Below, in pieces: positions 26,580-36,625 of a stretch of 64,000 bases of DNA. The stretch is taken from positions 304,916,001 through 304,980,000 of the forward strand of contig JBNRSN020000005.1 in assembly GCA_051313645.2 (NCBI GenBank), written 5' to 3'. The notes under the pieces are model-generated. The model was not told the DNA's origin, ran no database searches, and worked only from the letters and a program-made list of their open reading frames with translations. This stretch comes from Centroscyllium fabricii. Lineage: Eukaryota. The stretch's first letter is position 1, and each line of letters opens with the position of its first letter. Made by a program: the position numbers and the translations under genes.

Positions 26580-26860
26580 TTAAGAACATAAGAAATAGTA
26601 GCAGGAGTCGGCCAATCGGCCCCTCCTGGCTGTGCAATCAACAACATTTTTTGTTCTGGTCAAATGAGAGTGAGCTTCCACAGCTCTCTGGGGCAGCAAA
26701 TTCCACAGACCCACCACCCTCTGAGTGAAGAAGTTTCTCCTCATCTCAGTTTTGAAATGGCAGCCCCTTATTTTAAGATTATGCCCCCTAGTCCTAGTTT
26801 CACCCACCATTGGGAACATCCTCACCACATCCACCCGATCAAGCCCTCTCACAATCTTCA
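26580..26860 (-). mobile_element. CR1 3' fragment carrying a 53-bp foreign insert
   Basis: (taagaaca) tail; peptide RTRGHNLKI...FFTQRVVGLWN. Confidence 0.85.
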
Positions 26861-27620
26861 GTGTAAAGATTTGATCGAGGATACACTTTACATTACACCA
26901 TTTGTAGTTGTAACCTCCTTGCCTGAACTTCTAGGAAACAGATTCTTTGCTTTTGTGGATGACCATCTTACTTTCTGTCTTCCGGTGTGAGGTGTGTAGA
27001 ATAGTTTTCAACGGTGCTACGCAAACGTTAGAAGTAAAGAACCGTTTAGATATTGGCCGATCTCCCATGGTATTGCACTCAAGGTAGTCAGGGACTCGGA
27101 TGTGACATCGAGCTGTTACGATGGAGCTGTGTTTTAACCTGGCAACTCTTTCCGACTGCCCAGATACTTTCCATGGGGAAATTATCTAAAGGGCAAATCC
27201 TGGCTAATGTAATTGCTTCTGGAGTTGCAAGGTCAGTTCGCAGACAATGGTAGTTCCTTGTAAATTACTGGCTCCAAGCCAGATGGCATCAGCAATTTTA
27301 TGATTCTTTTGCATGTAACAGTGTGTGACTTGTGTGCACTGGGCCATTTTTATTATTTTTATACATTTATCACACACCAGTGGATTTCCCATGGCATTGT
27401 TTATGATAGGTGGTGCTTGCGATAGTCAGAGGACATGTTGTTTTTAATTTAAGGGTGTTAATATGGTCTAATGAGAAATACTTTTTCCACAGAAAGGGCC
27501 CAGTATCACCTAGGGAAGGGGAATGGGGTGTGTCAGTAGTAGGCAGGAGGGGGGGGGAAGTTTGTGATATGAGTGGAGGGGGGCGTAGGGCCTAGTACTA
27601 GCAAGGAGAGAGGTTATGAG

Positions 27621-27839
27621 TAAGTGTAAGAAGTCACACAACACCAGGTTATAGTCCCAACAGCTTTATTTGAAATCACAAGCTTTCGGAGCGCTGCTCC
27701 TTCCTCGGGTGACTTCACCTGACGAAGGAGAAGCGCTCCGAAGGGTTGTGATTTCAAATAAAGCTGTTGGGACTATAACCTGGTGCTGTGTGACTTCTTA
27801 CATTTGTCCACCCCAGTCCAACACCGGCCCCTCCACATC
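27621..27839 (+). mobile_element. Miniature palindromic Penelope-like element (inverted hammerhead motif pair plus 3' tail)
   Basis: ~88-bp inverted arms, 12-bp TSD agaggttatgag, tail shared with the 56084 element. Confidence 0.85.
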
Positions 27840-28785
27840 AGAGGTTATGAGGGCTGTGGAATCAGTGAGGAATGGCGTGGAGGGGTAGCTAGGGTATGAA
27901 GGAAAAGACTTAACGTGGCTGTGCAGGGTAGAGAAAGCAGCTGTCGGCCAAACTTAGTGATTTAAAAGTAGTTGTGGCCACTCAGTGTTTTGAAAGCGAG
28001 GTTTATTTTAAATAAATGAAGTTTATTGATCAAATTAATGAAGATGGTCAGGCTGTTTTCAGCTTACCAGCTCTTCTGTGTGGTGTGCTGGAGCTAATGG
28101 AAGGTTGAGGTTGGAAGAACCAGGGCTAGAAGTGAATGAGGTATAAGAATGACTCTTATCAGGCTATAATAACTTAGACTATAAGCATAACTGAGGCGTG
28201 TTACAGGAAGTATGTGAAGTCACACGCAAGACATTTAATCTATCATCGACATAAAAATGATTCACGGAAGAGCTAAAAGAACCTGTATTCTTGATTTCAA
28301 AAGCTGAATGCTATGGAAAGGATCAAATAAAACCACAACATAGCATTTTATGAAAATTATTGGCTCTCACTGGTGCGAGAATGCTCCCAGAATACTCAAA
28401 GGCTTACTGATTCTCTCAAACTAAATATCAAGCTTGTTTGTACAGAAATGATGCTGTAACTAATTCCAGTTGTAGTGATATAACTGAATGTTCAAGTCAC
28501 CCTGTGCGCAGATATTGGTGGCCCTCGAGCTGAAGATAACTTTATAAACAACAGTTGCAACGATTATTAAAAATATGCTGAGCTGTAGCAAATAATGGAG
28601 ATAAATGGTGCGTAGGACATGGGCCATTGAAGGCTTGGCATGCAGTTTCAGTTCAAGTGTTGGCATAATTGGAAATAGGAAGGTAAATGGAACAATTGCA
28701 CATTCAAATTTAACCATGTTATGAACATATTTGTATCGCTTGTGCTTTTGAAAGTTAATATTCGGTCTGTTTTTGCTTTCTCTAG

Positions 28786-28888
28786 GAATTCCTAGGCCTC
28801 CACATCCTTCAGATATTTCTCCCTATTACCCACTCTCGCCAGGTACCGTCGGCCAAATCCCCCATCCACTAGGATGGTTAGTACCACA
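28786..28888 (+). CDS. TCF7L2: TCF7L2 exon 7 ([31 protein letters not shown][LVPQ]) with alternative donor after 28876
   Basis: tctag acceptor; donors gttagt (28877) and gtaagc (28889) are 12 nt apart, the known LVPQ alternative. Confidence 0.96.
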
Positions 28889-29501
28889 GTAAGCAGATCC
28901 ATTTCTTTTTCTTTTTATTCTTTTAATTCTTGTAGAATTTTGCATGTTACTGTATTGTCCAATTATTGTAATGAGCTGTGATTGGCTACTGGGTACCCAC
29001 ATATTCATATGGGGCTTCTCCCTTGCCAACACCTGTCAACACTGGTTACTATGACAAAAGGCTACAAATTAAGGACTGTTAATTTAATGTTTTCTTACTG
29101 AGTTCTAAATACCAAAAGAGGCCCAAAGCAGAACGGCGGCTCTTTGATTTGATGTATTTTATTTTGGTATAAATTTACATTCATTATTGTTTTCCTTTGG
29201 ATCTGTAGCCCTCAATTATTGTGATGGCTCCATTAAAGCAAACGCCGCTTCGCCTTTAATTATCACAACAAAACACCTAGTTTTAGCTTGGGGAGAAGGT
29301 CTCTGTTGACATTAGCAGAGGTTATAAAATTTAATTAGCTGGTTCTATCAGATTTAGCACATTAAAATTGTTCTTTATTTACATCCTTTGATCCTGGCTG
29401 TGCAATCAACAACATTTTTTGTTCTGGTCAAATGAGAGTGAGCTCGCAACAGCAGGAGACGTTTTCAGTTATTTTTTTCTTCTTTCTTTTCTTCTTTTCA
29501 G

Positions 29502-29588
29502 GCAAGGTCAACCTGTTTACCCAATCACAACAGGGGGATTTCGACATCCTTACCCCACTGCACTCACCGTCAATGCTTCCATGTCAAG
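29502..29588 (+). CDS. TCF7L2: TCF7L2 exon 8 (QGQPVYPITTGGFRHPYPTALTVNASMS)
   Basis: Long pyrimidine tract plus cag, 87 nt, donor gtgggt; peptide match. Confidence 0.96.
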
Positions 29589-30397
29589 GTGGGTACACTT
29601 GCCTTGTTGGCAATCAATATTTTATTTTAAGCAGATAATCTTCAAGCATTTTCTCAACAGCTCTTTTGTTTTAACCATTTTGCCATTGTCTGTGTTCAAT
29701 GAGGACACATTGCCGTTTCTGAATGTTGTGCCCTTTTTTTTCGCAATGGAAGAATTGGCATGTGACATTTGTATTGTCTTTGTAATAAACAAACAAATAA
29801 ACTAAATGCCATTCCATAACTAAATACTGCACTTTATGAATAAACCAGCAAATAATGCATCATAAATTTGGAATGGAGGTCTAGCTGCAGTATTATTGTG
29901 TAAGGAGATAATTTATATCGTACACAAATATTGACTGCTTTTCAAGGCTATAGTGATAAAATATTGCTCCTAAGGGAATATAGAAGTGTCAAGAGCATGC
30001 TGCAATTATTGCACACTTTATATCGATGTTGGAGCCCGAGGGACAACATTTTAGCACTTGCAGACAGAAAAGTGCAGTTAATATTTATTATACCCTGTGG
30101 CTAGAGTCACTTATCGCTACTTGAGCCACACTAAGCCAGTTCAGAGAGCAATAATCTTCGTTGTTACATCACAGGTTAAAGGCCACTTTAACATGGAATT
30201 GCTCAAAAAGTAGTAATAGGCTGTCTGCTCTTCCACTTGGAGGCCTGCAGCTCTTTCTAGTGAGTCAGTTGGTAGCAACATAAAGCACTTAAAATTGTGC
30301 ATCCATGTAATAGAGTCCCATATTTAAAAGTAGGAGACAACTCGGTGATAATGGTGAGTTACAGCAGTTATCAGAGTGCCACAGAGCAACACATCAC

Positions 30398-30605
30398 AGA
30401 AACTAGGAGCAGGAGTCGGCCATTCGGCCCTTCGAGCCTGCTCTGCCATTTTGATGAGATCATGGCCGGTCATCCAAACCCAGCACCCCCCTCCTACCCT
30501 CTCCCCATATCCCCCGACACCCCGAACTCTAAGAACTATATCTCACACACATACTCATGGACAATTTTGTTTTAGTATCTCCAATTCACCTAACCTGCAT
30601 GTCAT
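30398..30605 (-). mobile_element. Degenerate HE1 SINE 3' part
   Basis: aggagcaggagtcggccattcggcccttcgagcctg tail. Confidence 0.7.
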
Positions 30606-33600
30606 TGGGCCTACTGGTCAAAAAAGCCCCACCCACGGCCTTTGGACATTTAAAGAAAAAACTACGATTCACTCTTTTACTCAATGGACACTTGTATCTC
30701 CCGGTGGAAACTTTTTTCTTTTGTATCCAGGCTGCTCTTTGGCTGACACATTGCTAGATTCAATTTAAGTGCCGCAGGAGTTAATCAATTGGCCCCACAA
30801 CTTGTTGTTTCTTCCCACTCCTTCATGCAATCTGGGCAGCGTGACCACCGGTTGTCCTTTAGGGGATGCAGGAGTCTGAAATGCTGCCATGGATAGGGTT
30901 TAAACTTAAGTTTTCGTAGCTTGAGCGTGATTTCTGCTGGAATTAAATCTGTCTTCTCCTTTTGACCCTCATTGACTGCATTTTGCCCATATATATTTTC
31001 AGCTTTTACACTTGAGGCACTAACTCTAGGAAAGATAAATTATTGATTCTCTAATACAATAAAAGTAGAAAATAAATACTGTAAGAATTAAAACAGTTCT
31101 TAAAGTACAACTTTCTTTGATTTTTTTTTTGCCGCCTTTCGCTGTAGTTTCTGGGATATTCAGGTTTTGAGTAAGTTATAGTGCAGGGGACAGGAACTAA
31201 ACTGAAAAGAGGGAAAATGGGAATCTTTGGTGATTGCAATGTTTTGAGTCGCACAAAAGTTCACGCTTGCAAGAGTCAAATCCGACTATTCTGTCGTGGC
31301 AGTAAAAAGAAAACTCCAAATAAATGTGGAAATGAAAATGGAATGTGCTATATATGAGTCTAGTTCAGCTGCTGATCGACCTCCTGTTCATTTCCTGTAC
31401 TTGAGTTTCATGGTGACACAGTTTTAAGACACAGAGGTGAATGCTCCTGTTCCTGGGAAGGTGCACCCTTGATTTATCCCTGGAGTTGGTGAATTCAGTG
31501 CAGATTAGCTGTAAATTTACTTGTAGCTTTGGAGTGTCAGTTTTCACAATGACCCGACCACCTCATCATACTAGTGTGAATCTGTTCTTAATAACTCAAC
31601 ATTACTTTAGGGTGCTTGCGTAGTATTACTAACTAATACCCTTTGAGTGCTATGGATGTGCCTTCAATGGCAAGAATTCAGTCACAGGCACTTCAGTAGT
31701 ATATATGAAGGGAGTACCTGTGCTTCCTGAGACATAGAACTCCACCTTAAAGGTGGTATCACTTCCAGCATCCTGAGGCGAAGTAGTTTTCACATTGATG
31801 GCCCGTTCAACCATCCCTCAATATTATTGAGGATGTGCGGCCAGAGGCATAATTCTTCAATTGCAACTTTTGAACTGCACAAATGCAGTTTTGAATGTGT
31901 GCAGTTGGTTTACCGTTGCTCTGAAATTAAGTTGTCACATGAATTCAGAGCTGTCTGCAACCTAATCACAGTGTGAAACCACTTCTATTGGAAACAGTTC
32001 CATAATGTAAATGAACTGTTAGAAACTAGTATATGGGCTTGACTAAGGCTGTACCAACATATTCTTTCAATGATTGACTTGGCAATTAACTTGTATTGTA
32101 GTGAATTAGATTAGGATAGAAACTAAATTAGGGTCAGAACTCTTCATTTGGCCATCCTTTATGTGTTGTGTATTACTGCATGCTGAGCCACAGATTGGTA
32201 GCTTTCCGGTTCTGACCCTAGGCAGTGTGTTCCCATACACCTGGAGCCATCTGAGAAGGCAGCAAGTGGAGGTGATAAAAAAGAAACAAAGCCGAATTAA
32301 ATAAACAGCACGTTCCTAAATGTGTATTGCCATCACGATACACAAACATCAGCTTATTCCAGTCACATTATTCATCCAATCTGTGTGTCAGTTGGCCAGC
32401 TCATCAACTAAAGGTCAAAGCACACATCTGTATTTTGTTGTAACAAAGCCAGCAGTCTTCTGTAAAATGTGTATGGAATGCAACACCAACTAGCTCACTG
32501 ACAAGTACTCTATTATTTAAATTTCTTTGGGGGAAAAACTAAATTATATATTATTTTTCCATTCCTTTCACAAATTAGATGCTCCCTATGTTGTGAACAT
32601 CGTTTAATAGAGAGGGCCAGCAGGGGAAAAAGTCCAAGGCCTATGTCCGCACCACTCTCGATTCAGCTGCTAAGCAATCATGTGGCTGCATTTTGACCAT
32701 ATGCTAAGCCTCCATCAACAACTTGTATTTATATAACGCCTTTAACATAGTAAAACATCCCAAGATGCTTCACAAGAGTAGTATTAGACAAAACCTTTGA
32801 CACCATATCAGGATAAATTACGGCAGGTGACCAAAAGCTTGGTCAAAGAGGTAGGTTTTAAGGAGCGTCTTAAAGGAGGAAAGAGTGGCGGAGAGGTTTA
32901 GGCAGGGAATTCCAGAGCTTAGGGCCTTGGCAACAGAAGGCACAGCTATCAATGGTTGAATGATTACAATCAGGGATAGAAGATAAGAGCAGGAGTAGGC
33001 CATTCAGCCCCTCGAGCCTGCTTCGCCATTTAATGAGATCATGGCTGATCATCCAAATTCAGTACCCTGTCCCTGCCTTCTCCCCATATCCCTTGACCCC
33101 TTCAGCCTTAAGGAATATATTCAAATCCTTCTTGAATATATTTAATGAACTGACCTCCACCGCCCTCTGTGGCAGAGAATTCCACAGGTTCACCACTCCT
33201 CCTCATCTCAGTCCTAAATGGCTTACCCCTTATCCTTAGCCTATGACCTCTGGTTCTGGACTCCCCGGCCATCGGGAACATCCTTTCTACATCTAGTCTG
33301 TCCAGGCCTGACAGAATTTTATAGGTTTCGATGAGATCCCCTCTCAATCTTCGAAACTCCAGCGAGTATAAGCCCAAGCAACACAATCTCTCCTCATACG
33401 TCATTCCTGCCATCCCAGGCATCAGCCTGGTGAATCTTCGCTGCACTCCTTCCATGGCAAGAACATCCTTCCTCAGATAAGGCGACTAAAATTGCACACA
33501 ATACTCGAGGTGTGGTCTCACCAAGGCCCTGTACAGCTGCAGCAAGACATCCTTGTTCCTGTACTCTAACCCTCTTGCTACGAAGGCCAACATACCATTT

Positions 33601-33769
33601 GCCTTCTTAACCGCCTGCTGCACCTGCATGCTTACCTTCAGTGACTGGTGCACAAGAACACCCAGGTCTTTTTGCACTTCCCCATCTCCCAATCTATTGC
33701 CATTCAAATAATAATCTGCCTTCCAATTTTGCCACCAAAGTGGATAACCTCACATTTATGCACATTATA

Positions 33770-34518
33770 CAGGTTGAGCACCGTTAACCCGGCAAGGGCG
33801 GGACCAAGCCCGTGCCGGGGAAGTGAAAATCCCGAACGATTGAAGCTTCAGCAAGCGCATGCGCAGATCATTCTAAATGGCCGCCGCGAAAGGCTGGCGG
33901 CCATTCTGAGTGGTCTGCGCATGTGTTTATCGTTCGGGGAATCCCGGCGCCCAGGCCGAGTTCGGAGAGTCCCGGCAGTCCCGGCCCAGCCCGCGTTCGG
34001 AGAGTCCCGGCCCAGCCCGCGTTCAGAGAGTCCCAGCCCAGCCCGCGTTCAGAGAGTCCCGGCCCAGCCCGCGTTCAGAGAGTCCCGGCCCAGCCCGCGT
34101 TCAGAGAGTCCCGGCCCAGCCCGCGTTCAGAGAGTCCCGGCCCAGCCCGCGTTCGGGGAGTCCCGGCCCAGCCCGCGTTCGGGGAGTCCCGGCCCAGCCC
34201 GCGTTCAGGGAGTCCCGGCCCAGCCCGCGTTCAGGGAGTCCCGGCCCAGCCCGCGTTCAAGGAGTCCCGGCCCAGCCCGCGTTCGGGGAGACCCGGCCCA
34301 GCATCGTTCGGGGAGACCCGGCCCGGCCCGCTATCGGCTTGAAGAGACCATTGTGAATGATCTGCGCATGCGCTCACCGTTCGGCGCATGTGCAGATCAT
34401 TCGCCGACGCATCAATCACGGCGGCCATTTTGCGCATGCGCGGGGCAGTCGTGGAAATTATTGCCGGACGTTCGAAGTTGCCGGTATTTCGGGTAACGGA
34501 TTAACGGTGCTCAACCTG
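33770..34518. mobile_element. Tigger-like MITE with 26-bp minisatellite, inserted in CR1
   Basis: TA TSD; TIR caggttgagcaccgttaa. Confidence 0.9.
33977..34330. repeat. 26-bp tandem repeat (agtcccggcccagcccgcgttcagag), about 13 copies
   Basis: Directly visible periodicity. Confidence 0.95.
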
Positions 34519-34811
34519 TAGTGCATTTGCCATGTTTCTGCCCAATCACCCAACCTGTCCAAATCATACTGGAGTTTCACGACATCCTCCTCACAACATA
34601 CCCTCCCACCCAGCTTTGTGTCGTCTGCAAATTTGGAGATATTACATCCAATTCCCTTGTCCAGATCATTAATATATATTGTGAACAGCTGGGGTCCAAG
34701 GACCGATCCCTGCGGTACCCCACTCGTCACTGCCTGCCACTCAGAAAACGACCCGTTTATTCCAACTCTTTGCTTTCTGTCTGCCAACCAGTTCTCTATC
34801 CAAGTCAATAC

Positions 34812-35040
34812 TGATGTGACAAAAGCGACTTACACATCAAATACTTTAAGCAAAGCTTTAATCAGCTATTTACAGAGTTGAGAGTTTTAACATATTTACA
34901 TAGAGAAGCATTATCTCAGACTGAATAGTAGCAGAATTTATACTACTACACAGGAAGTGACATGTACAGGAAGTGATGTCACTGGAAGTTCATAAGCAGA
35001 GTTCATCCGACTTCCTGCCGGAAGTCTCAATATCATTACA
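34812..35040 (-). mobile_element. Solo LTR, 229 bp
   Basis: TG...CA ends, 5-bp TSD aatac, interrupts the CR1 cleanly; TATA-like and ATTAAA motifs on the minus strand. Confidence 0.8.
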
Positions 35041-35906
35041 AATACCTTGCCCCAATCCCATGAGCCTTAATTTTGCACGCTAATCTCTTATGCGGGACCT
35101 TATCGAAAGCCTTCTGAAAGTCCAAATACACCACATCCACTGGTTCTCCTTTATCTATGTTACCAGCTACATCCTCAAAAAATTCCAGTAGATTAGTCGA
35201 GCATGATTTACCTTTTGTAAATCCATGTTGACTTTGTCTGATCCTGTCACTGTTTTCCAAGTGCTCTGCTATTACATCTTTAATAATGGACTCTACCGAT
35301 GTCAGGCTATAATTCCCCACTTTTTTCTACCACCTTCTACCACCTTTTTTGAATAGTGTGGTAACATTAGCTACCCGCCAATCCATGGGTACTGTTCCAG
35401 AGTCCCTTCTGGAAGATGACCAGCAATGTATCTACTATCTCCAGGATGTTCAAGAACACAGAATTAGAGGAGCGCAGATATCTCGGTGGTGGTGGGTGGG
35501 GGGTTGGATTATGGGGCTGGAGGCGATTACAGGGATAGAGAGGGGTGAGGCCATGGAGGGATTTGAAAACAAGGATGAGAATTTTGAAATCGAGGCATTG
35601 CTTAACCAGGAGCCAATGTAGGTCAGTGAGCACAGGAGTGATGGGTGAACGTGACTTGCTGTGAGTTAGGACACAGGCAGCAGAGTTTTGGATCACCTCA
35701 AGTTTACATAGGGTAGAATGTGGGAGACCAGCCAGGAGTGCATTGGAATAGCCAAGTCTAGAGGTAACAAAGGCATGGATGAGGGTTTCAGCAGCGGATG
35801 AGCTGAGACAAGGGTGGAGACGGGCAATGCTACGGAGGTGGAAGTAGGCGGCTTAGTTATGCCACCCCCTACTAGCAAACACAAACCAGTTTTGAATGCG
35901 ATTTAC

Positions 35907-36625
35907 AAAACATAGAACATAGAACATACAGCACTGTACAGGCCCTTGGGCCGTCAATGTAGTGCCGCGCTTAGTCCGTCTCTGATTTTTCCTGTCCCCC
36001 CTACTCTTCCTTCCCCTCCATGTACCTATCTATCATCCTTTTAAAAGCACCCAGACTGTCCACATCCACTATTTCAGATGGTAGCCTATTCCATTCCCCG
36101 ACCACTCTCTGTGTAAAGAACTTGCCCTTGCCATCCCTTCTGAATCTTCCTCCTTGAATCTTGTGCTCGTGCCCTCTTGTTGTCGTTCTTCCCACCCGGG
36201 GAAACAGTCTCTGCACGTTTACTCTATCGATCCCCTTCATCATTTTAAACATCTCTATTAAGTCCCCCCTCTTCCTTCTCCGTTCCAGGGAGAAGAGTCC
36301 CAGCTCCCTCAACCTCTCCTCGTACGACTTTCCCCCCATTCCCGGCAGCATCCTGGTGAATCTCCTCTGCACCCTCTCCAACGCCTCCACATCCCTCCTG
36401 TAGTACGGTGCCCAGAACTGCACACAGTACTCCAAGTGTGGTCTCACCAGTGACCTGTACAGCTGTAGCATGACCTCCCGGTTCTTAAACTCTATTCCCC
36501 TGTTGATGAAGGCCAATACACCATAGGCCTTTTTTACTGCCTTGTCCACCTGGGTGGCAGCCTTCAATGATCTGTGTACATATACTCCCAGATCCCTTTG
36601 CTCCTCTGCTTCGCTATTCAAATTG
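35907..36625 (-). mobile_element. CR1 LINE 3' fragment, distinct subfamily, ORF2 C-terminus open
   Basis: ORF 36001-36639 RDLGV...RPHLEYCVQFW...FFTQRVV; (catagaa)n tail. Confidence 0.9.

Larger units (their letters stand above)
32977..35445 (-). mobile_element. CR1/HER1 LINE 3' fragment (RT region), interrupted twice
   Basis: DFQKAFDKVPH, GVPQGSVLGP, KFADDTK and RPHLEYC motifs with stops and deletions. Confidence 0.92.
32717..35865 (-). mobile_element. L2 LINE 3' fragment split by a CR1 (L2 parts ~32717-32976 and ~35441-35865)
   Basis: L2 ORF2 C-terminus IQNSAA...PITPVLTDLHWL...DFKIL; L2-type 3' tail. Confidence 0.8.

Noticed and set aside
33648-34496. 282-aa and overlapping Pro/Arg/Ser-rich ORFs
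   Set aside because: Artefacts of a stop-free 26-bp GC minisatellite inside a MITE
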